Sequence record: PZ445535.1
From: a phage
Length of the DNA stretch: 44,793 nt
Direction: 5' to 3' (one strand)
The notes beneath the pieces are model-generated. The model was not told where the DNA came from, did no database searches, and worked only from the letters and a program-made list of their open reading frames with translations. Shown one piece after another: positions 41,152 through 44,793 of the stretch (position 1 is its first letter; each line of letters begins with the position of its first letter). The translations under genes were made by a program, and so were the position numbers.

Positions 41152-41186
41152 TCCCCAGTGAGGTTTAATCTTACTGGGGCTTTTTT
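41152..41186 (+). terminator. intrinsic terminator before holin gene
   Basis: CCCCAGTGAGG-TTTAAT-CTTACTGGGG hairpin followed by TTTTTT, then ATG of holin. Confidence 0.6.
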
Positions 41187-41489
41187 ATGGAAGTTTTCCA
41201 CAAATTAGATGAATGGGTAATTATCGCCGCTGCCGGTGTGGCGGGTGGCTTCGTAGGTGCGCGTATGCACCCGGAAGCTGCACAAGGACCGGTAAACTTT
41301 GTGCTGTTCGTCGTCGTTGGCTTCCTGTGTGCGGTATTTGGCGCACCAGCCATCGCCGAACTGACCGGCTTGACCAGTCGGCGCATGATCGCAGGTCTTG
41401 GGTTCGTAACGGCAATCTTCTGGATGCCGATTGCGGCACGGATCCGCGAGCTAATCGCTAATGCCCGCTTTCCGGGAGGTGCCAAATGA
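41187..41489 (+). CDS. holin-like membrane protein
   Basis: 100 aa with three predicted TM segments; directly upstream of second membrane protein and endolysin. Confidence 0.5.
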   Translation: MEVFHKLDEWVIIAAAGVAGGFVGARMHPEAAQGPVNFVLFVVVGFLCAVFGAPAIAELTGLTSRRMIAGLGFVTAIFWMPIAARIRELIANARFPGGAK

Positions 41490-41752
41490 TTTTCGGCGTC
41501 GATGTTTGTGCGTGGTTTGGCGTTCTGTTCTTCCTCATCGTCGGCGTGTCGTCGCTGTACAACGTCTACGCCGCATCCGTGAATGACGGCCTTGTTGGTC
41601 GTGTGCTCTATCTCTTAACGGCGGTCTTCTGCGTGGTCGGCTTGATGCAAACCGGGCACGTGGAGAACGCCACTATCAACGCCATTTGCTGGCTGTTTGC
41701 GTTGCGCACACTGCGTAACGCTGTTCTGAAAGGTGTAAAACATGCAATTTAG
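41486..41752 (+). CDS. holin / antiholin-like membrane protein
   Basis: 88 aa with three hydrophobic segments; ATGA overlap with upstream gene; overlaps endolysin start. Confidence 0.45.
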   Translation: MIFGVDVCAWFGVLFFLIVGVSSLYNVYAASVNDGLVGRVLYLLTAVFCVVGLMQTGHVENATINAICWLFALRTLRNAVLKGVKHAI

Positions 41753-42227
41753 CGAGAATGGTCTGCGGTTTACTGCCGCATGGGAAACGTTTAGTCCAGT
41801 GCCCTACTTCGCCACGAAGAAGGAGCAGGAGCAGGGTCTGTATACCTGGGGCTTCGGTCACACGGGAACTAATCCGCCGCGCAGCATTACCCGCACTGAG
41901 GCAATGGAACTACTGCGCAAGGATATTGCCATTGCCGAGAAGTTTGTGCAGCGCGCAATGCCGATCGGGGCGTTCAACCAGGCCCAGTACGACGCGCTTG
42001 TGGATCTGGTCTTCAACGTAGGGCCGCGTGCCATCGGTGCTAATACCGGAACTGGTCGTGCAGTTCGTGCCGGTGATATTCAGACGATCCGTGCTAAACT
42101 GCCACAATTCCGTATGCAAGCCGGGGTTGTTGTCAAGGGTCTGGTGCGTCGCGCTAATGGGCGCCTGGCACTGTTCGATGGTAAGCAGTGGGACGTTGCC
42201 GAGCGTATCGGTCGCAATTCAGCTTAA
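41742..42227 (+). CDS. endolysin (phage lysozyme, T4-lysozyme/GH24-like)
   Basis: 161 aa; N-terminal ENGLRFTAAWE...GLYTWGFGHT and central QAQYDALVDLVFNVG align with the T4 lysozyme catalytic region; RBS AAGGTG. Confidence 0.8.
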   Translation: MQFSENGLRFTAAWETFSPVPYFATKKEQEQGLYTWGFGHTGTNPPRSITRTEAMELLRKDIAIAEKFVQRAMPIGAFNQAQYDALVDLVFNVGPRAIGANTGTGRAVRAGDIQTIRAKLPQFRMQAGVVVKGLVRRANGRLALFDGKQWDVAERIGRNSA

Positions 42228-42236
42228 GGGGGAGAT

Positions 42237-42644
42237 ATGTTAAAAAGTATTCTTGATCATAATGCGGACGCGCTCGATGCGTTGTCTAAAACGGAAGACG
42301 CTGGCGCGCGTCGAATCATTGCAGACACCATCAGCCATGCCGGAGTGTTTGGTGCAAGCCTTCCGGGACCGAAGCCGGATGTGAAGGTGACAAGCGCCAC
42401 AGTAACGGTAACACCAGAGGCAGTTACAATCGGCACCCAGTCTAAGGCTATGGTGGCGGTGCAACCGGCAGGGGCGACCGATAAATCCGGCGTGTGGATT
42501 AGTGGGTCGCCAACCATCGCCACCGTTGACGCTTCGGGTAATATCGACGGCAAAACGCCCGGTTCTGTCGATATTATTTGGGTGGCTAAGGATGGAAGCG
42601 GGGTGTCGGGCCGAAAAACGGTAACTGTGGCAAACGCCGAGTAA
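42237..42644 (+). CDS. bacterial Ig-like (Big_2-type) domain protein
   Basis: 135 aa; C-terminal VTVTPEAVTIGTQSKA...GSVDIIWVAKDGSGVSGRKTVTV beta-sandwich-like pattern; RBS AAGGGGGAG; terminator downstream. Confidence 0.45.
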   Translation: MLKSILDHNADALDALSKTEDAGARRIIADTISHAGVFGASLPGPKPDVKVTSATVTVTPEAVTIGTQSKAMVAVQPAGATDKSGVWISGSPTIATVDASGNIDGKTPGSVDIIWVAKDGSGVSGRKTVTVANAE

Positions 42645-42649
42645 AGAGC

Positions 42650-42677
42650 AAGCCCGCAACTATGGCGGGCTTTTTAT
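42650..42677 (+). terminator. intrinsic terminator after lysis cassette / Ig-like gene
   Basis: GCCCGC-AACTATG-GCGGGC hairpin followed by TTTTT. Confidence 0.7.
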
Positions 42678-42680
42678 TGC

Positions 42681-42710
42681 TTGACTTGCAACCAATTAAT
42701 ATCTCATACT
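42681..42710 (+). promoter_or_regulatory. candidate promoter (TTGACT-N18-CATACT) with TGCAACCAAT motif
   Basis: TTGACTtgcaaccaattaatatctCATACT directly after terminator; upstream of HTH-phosphoesterase gene. Confidence 0.3.
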
Positions 42711-42762
42711 TCTGTCGCCGTGGTATATTGATCGCGGTCAAACTGAATCAGGAAAATATACG

Positions 42763-43905
42763 ATGCACCCTCAAACCAAAATTACAGACGAGCAGTTGAT
42801 CGCCGAAATCCAGGCGGGAACGACCGCGAAAGATATTGCTAAGAAATACGGGATTGCACTGCGCAATGTTTATATGCGCAAAGCACGCTTATCTAAAAAG
42901 GGAATCGGTCACGGTAATGATGCCGTAATTCGTAAGCGGGTTGCCGATGGCTTCGGCGTGAAGCGTGTCTCCGCCCTGGTGCGTGGCAATGGCGAAGAGG
43001 TCATGTCATGGGTTATCACAGAACAGGACAAAGAGCGACAGCTTGAGGCGATGCGCGCAGTGCTGGACGGCATGAACAGCGAAATCACACCGGCAGCACC
43101 AGTAAGCGCCCCGCCAGTACCGATCCAGGCGCTTGACCTGCTCAACCTGTACACCGTGTCTGACTTCCACCTGGGAATGCTGGCATGGGGCGAGGAGACT
43201 GGCGAAGACTGGGATATGGCGATTGCCGAAGACCTGTTCTACCGCTGGTTTGTCGAAGCCTTCGCACGCGCACCGGACGCAGGCACTGCCGTAATTAATA
43301 TCCTCGGTGATATGGCGCACTTTGACAGTCTCGATGCCGTTACTCCCGCCAGTGGTCACATCCTTGACGCCGACACCCGCTACCAGAAGCTGGTCCGCTA
43401 CATGATTCGCATGGTGCGCAATGTGGTGGAACTGGCACTACAGAAGCACCACAAAGTCAAACTGCTAATTGTGCAGGGCAACCATGACGAAAGCGGAATG
43501 ATCTGGCTGGCGGAGATGTTCGCTACGCTGTACGAGAACGAGCCGCGCGTTGAGGTAGACACGTCGCCAGATGTCTATAAGATGGTCCAGCACGGTAAGA
43601 CTACGCTGTTCTTCCACCACGGGCACAAGGCTAAATTTGACGCTATCGAGCCGGTCATGATTTCGAAATTTCGTGAGGCGTTCGGGTCCAGCCAGTACAG
43701 CTATGCGCACGTAGGCCACCTGCACCACCAGAAGATTGTCGAATCGCGCAACATGATTGTTGAACAGCACCGAACGCTTGCCGCGAAGGACGCCTACGCC
43801 AGCCGAGGCGGTTGGATGAGCGGACGCAGTGCAAACGTGATAACCTATAGCGCGAACTACGGTGAAGTAGCACGCTTAACCATTAGCCCGGAAATGTTGA
43901 AATGA
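42763..43905 (+). CDS. HTH domain - metallophosphoesterase fusion protein
   Basis: 380 aa; N-terminal HTH-like TAKDIAKKYGIALRNVYMRKARL; calcineurin-like motifs SDFHLG (DxH), ILGDMAHFD (GDxxD), QGNHDE (GNHD/E), HHGH, GHLHH. Confidence 0.6.
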   Translation: MHPQTKITDEQLIAEIQAGTTAKDIAKKYGIALRNVYMRKARLSKKGIGHGNDAVIRKRVADGFGVKRVSALVRGNGEEVMSWVITEQDKERQLEAMRAVLDGMNSEITPAAPVSAPPVPIQALDLLNLYTVSDFHLGMLAWGEETGEDWDMAIAEDLFYRWFVEAFARAPDAGTAVINILGDMAHFDSLDAVTPASGHILDADTRYQKLVRYMIRMVRNVVELALQKHHKVKLLIVQGNHDESGMIWLAEMFATLYENEPRVEVDTSPDVYKMVQHGKTTLFFHHGHKAKFDAIEPVMISKFREAFGSSQYSYAHVGHLHHQKIVESRNMIVEQHRTLAAKDAYASRGGWMSGRSANVITYSANYGEVARLTISPEMLK

Positions 43906-44114
43906 TTAGACAAGTATTCATGAGCACGCAGGCCGCACGCCTGGCTGAATTACGCAAACAACTGGAAGGATTGCGCCGATTCGAGCGCACAGCGGCAGCG
44001 GTAGGAATGAGTATGTCGGAACGGATCGAGATACTCACTCAAATTCGCCACACAGAGGGCGCTATCGAGGCAGTTACCGGTATGCTGACAAGATACTACG
44101 GTAGACCCGTTTAA
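43902..44114 (+). CDS. hypothetical protein
   Basis: 70 aa; ATGA overlap with upstream gene; intrinsic terminator downstream. Confidence 0.45.
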   Translation: MIRQVFMSTQAARLAELRKQLEGLRRFERTAAAVGMSMSERIEILTQIRHTEGAIEAVTGMLTRYYGRPV

Positions 44115-44123
44115 CCGCACTAC

Positions 44124-44148
44124 AGGCCCGCTTATGCGGGCTTTTTTG
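44124..44148 (+). terminator. intrinsic terminator upstream of terS promoter
   Basis: GCCCGC-TTAT-GCGGGC hairpin followed by TTTTTT. Confidence 0.7.
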
Positions 44149-44173
44149 TGTCTGCAATTCTCCCTGATATAAT
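44145..44173 (+). promoter_or_regulatory. extended -10 promoter (TGaTATAAT) for terS-terL operon
   Basis: Perfect TATAAT at 44168-44173 preceded by TG at 44165-44166; weak -35 TTTGTG; 6-bp stem-loop in leader at 44180-44196. Confidence 0.5.
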
Positions 44174-44242
44174 CAAGACAGGTGGTTGGGCCACCTCCTA
44201 TGTTGCCGATGGTCGGCGCATATGTATAAAGGGGTTATTATC

Positions 44243-44793
44243 ATGGCAGAAATCAAAGTAAAAGGCCGTCGTGCGAAGTTAGACGGGCGAGTCGCAGTCA
44301 CTCCACGCCGCAAACCGGGCGAGCAAACCGAACATACCAATCTCGGACCTGAAATCGAATACGGCAAGCGCCGGAAAGGGGGCAAGTGTGGTCGTCCTAC
44401 TGATTATCGGTCTGTTTATTGTCGCCAGTTGCGAGATTATTTCGCTTCAGCCGACGCATGGCAAGTCAACTACTCGGACAAGGGCGCGGCGCAAGTCATC
44501 CCACGTAACAAGATGCCAACATTTGGGCGCTTTGCGGCGGAAATCGGGGTCGGCGTAGCATGTCTGTATCGCTGGGCGCGTAAGCATGAAGAATTCGCCG
44601 AGGCGATGGCTGACGCTATGGAACTGCAAAAGACCTTCCTCATGGAAGCTGGCGGCGTGACTATCGCAGCAGGCTTCGCTGCATTCCTGCTTAAAGCAAA
44701 CCACGGCGTCCGCGACGATGCACCGCTGGAAGATGACGACGATGATAACGGCGACGTAACCGTTGAGCCGGTCGGTAAAGGGCAGGGCGAGTG
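44243..44793 (+). CDS. terS: terminase small subunit-like protein (3'-partial in window; stop overlaps position 1 if circular)
   Basis: Open frame from ATG 44243 (RBS AAAGGGG) to window end with no stop; HTH-like FGRFAAEIGVGVACLYRWARKHEEF; codon 184 would be T-G + A(1) = TGA overlapping terL ATG; strong extended -10 promoter upstream. Confidence 0.5.
   Translation, partial: MAEIKVKGRRAKLDGRVAVTPRRKPGEQTEHTNLGPEIEYGKRRKGGKCGRPTDYRSVYCRQLRDYFASADAWQVNYSDKGAAQVIPRNKMPTFGRFAAEIGVGVACLYRWARKHEEFAEAMADAMELQKTFLMEAGGVTIAAGFAAFLLKANHGVRDDAPLEDDDDDNGDVTVEPVGKGQGE

Noticed and set aside
44173-44704. Two minus-strand ORFs (70 and 85 aa) near the window end
   Set aside because: They are antisense to the terS-like ORF, which has an RBS and promoter; no signals for the antisense frames.
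1-44793. tRNA or other structured RNA genes
   Set aside because: No cloverleaf-compatible sequence (no GTTCGAATC-like T-arm with matching acceptor stem) was found in the non-coding gaps; a tRNA scan was not run, so this is a visual negative only.

Overview
This 44,793-bp window reads as a complete, or nearly complete, tailed dsDNA phage genome (siphovirus-like) written from the large-terminase start codon. A partial small-terminase-like ORF runs off the 3' end, and if the molecule is circular its stop codon would overlap the terL ATG at position 1 (TGATG). Layout: (i) a plus-strand late module at 1-23329 with terL, portal, head morphogenesis protein, an Rz/Rz1 spanin pair, scaffold, major capsid, connector proteins, tail tube, a chaperone pair with a -1 frameshift, tape measure and lambda-like M/L/K/I/J minor tail genes, then a lateral tail fiber with a C-terminal self-cleaving chaperone domain; (ii) a minus-strand early/replication module at 36060 down to 23355 with an acidic first gene, Cas4-like PD-(D/E)xK exonuclease, SSB-like protein, family-A DNA polymerase, VRR-NUC, SNF2-like helicase, a compact C5-methyltransferase-like protein, Dam-like methyltransferase and HAD phosphatase; (iii) a plus-strand block at 36314-44793 with an HTH protein, primase-helicase, small early hypotheticals, a holin/endolysin cassette, an HTH-metallophosphoesterase fusion and terS. 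No integrase or repressor module, tRNA or CRISPR array was seen, so the phage is probably virulent. The most unusual features are: a duplicated iteron-rich element (CGGGACA heptamers, GGGACGTCCC palindromes and a G6/C6 inverted repeat) present both inside the tail operon and next to the primase gene; a recurrent ATTGGTTGCA/TGCAACCAAT motif built into sigma70-like early promoters; a perfect 22-bp palindrome with flanking 30-bp direct repeats; a reverse-oriented moron in the head module; and a minus-strand receptor-binding-protein/lipoprotein cassette between tail fiber genes. All functional calls rest on motifs I can read in the translations and on gene order; no database search was run, and coordinates of short regulatory elements are hand-counted.
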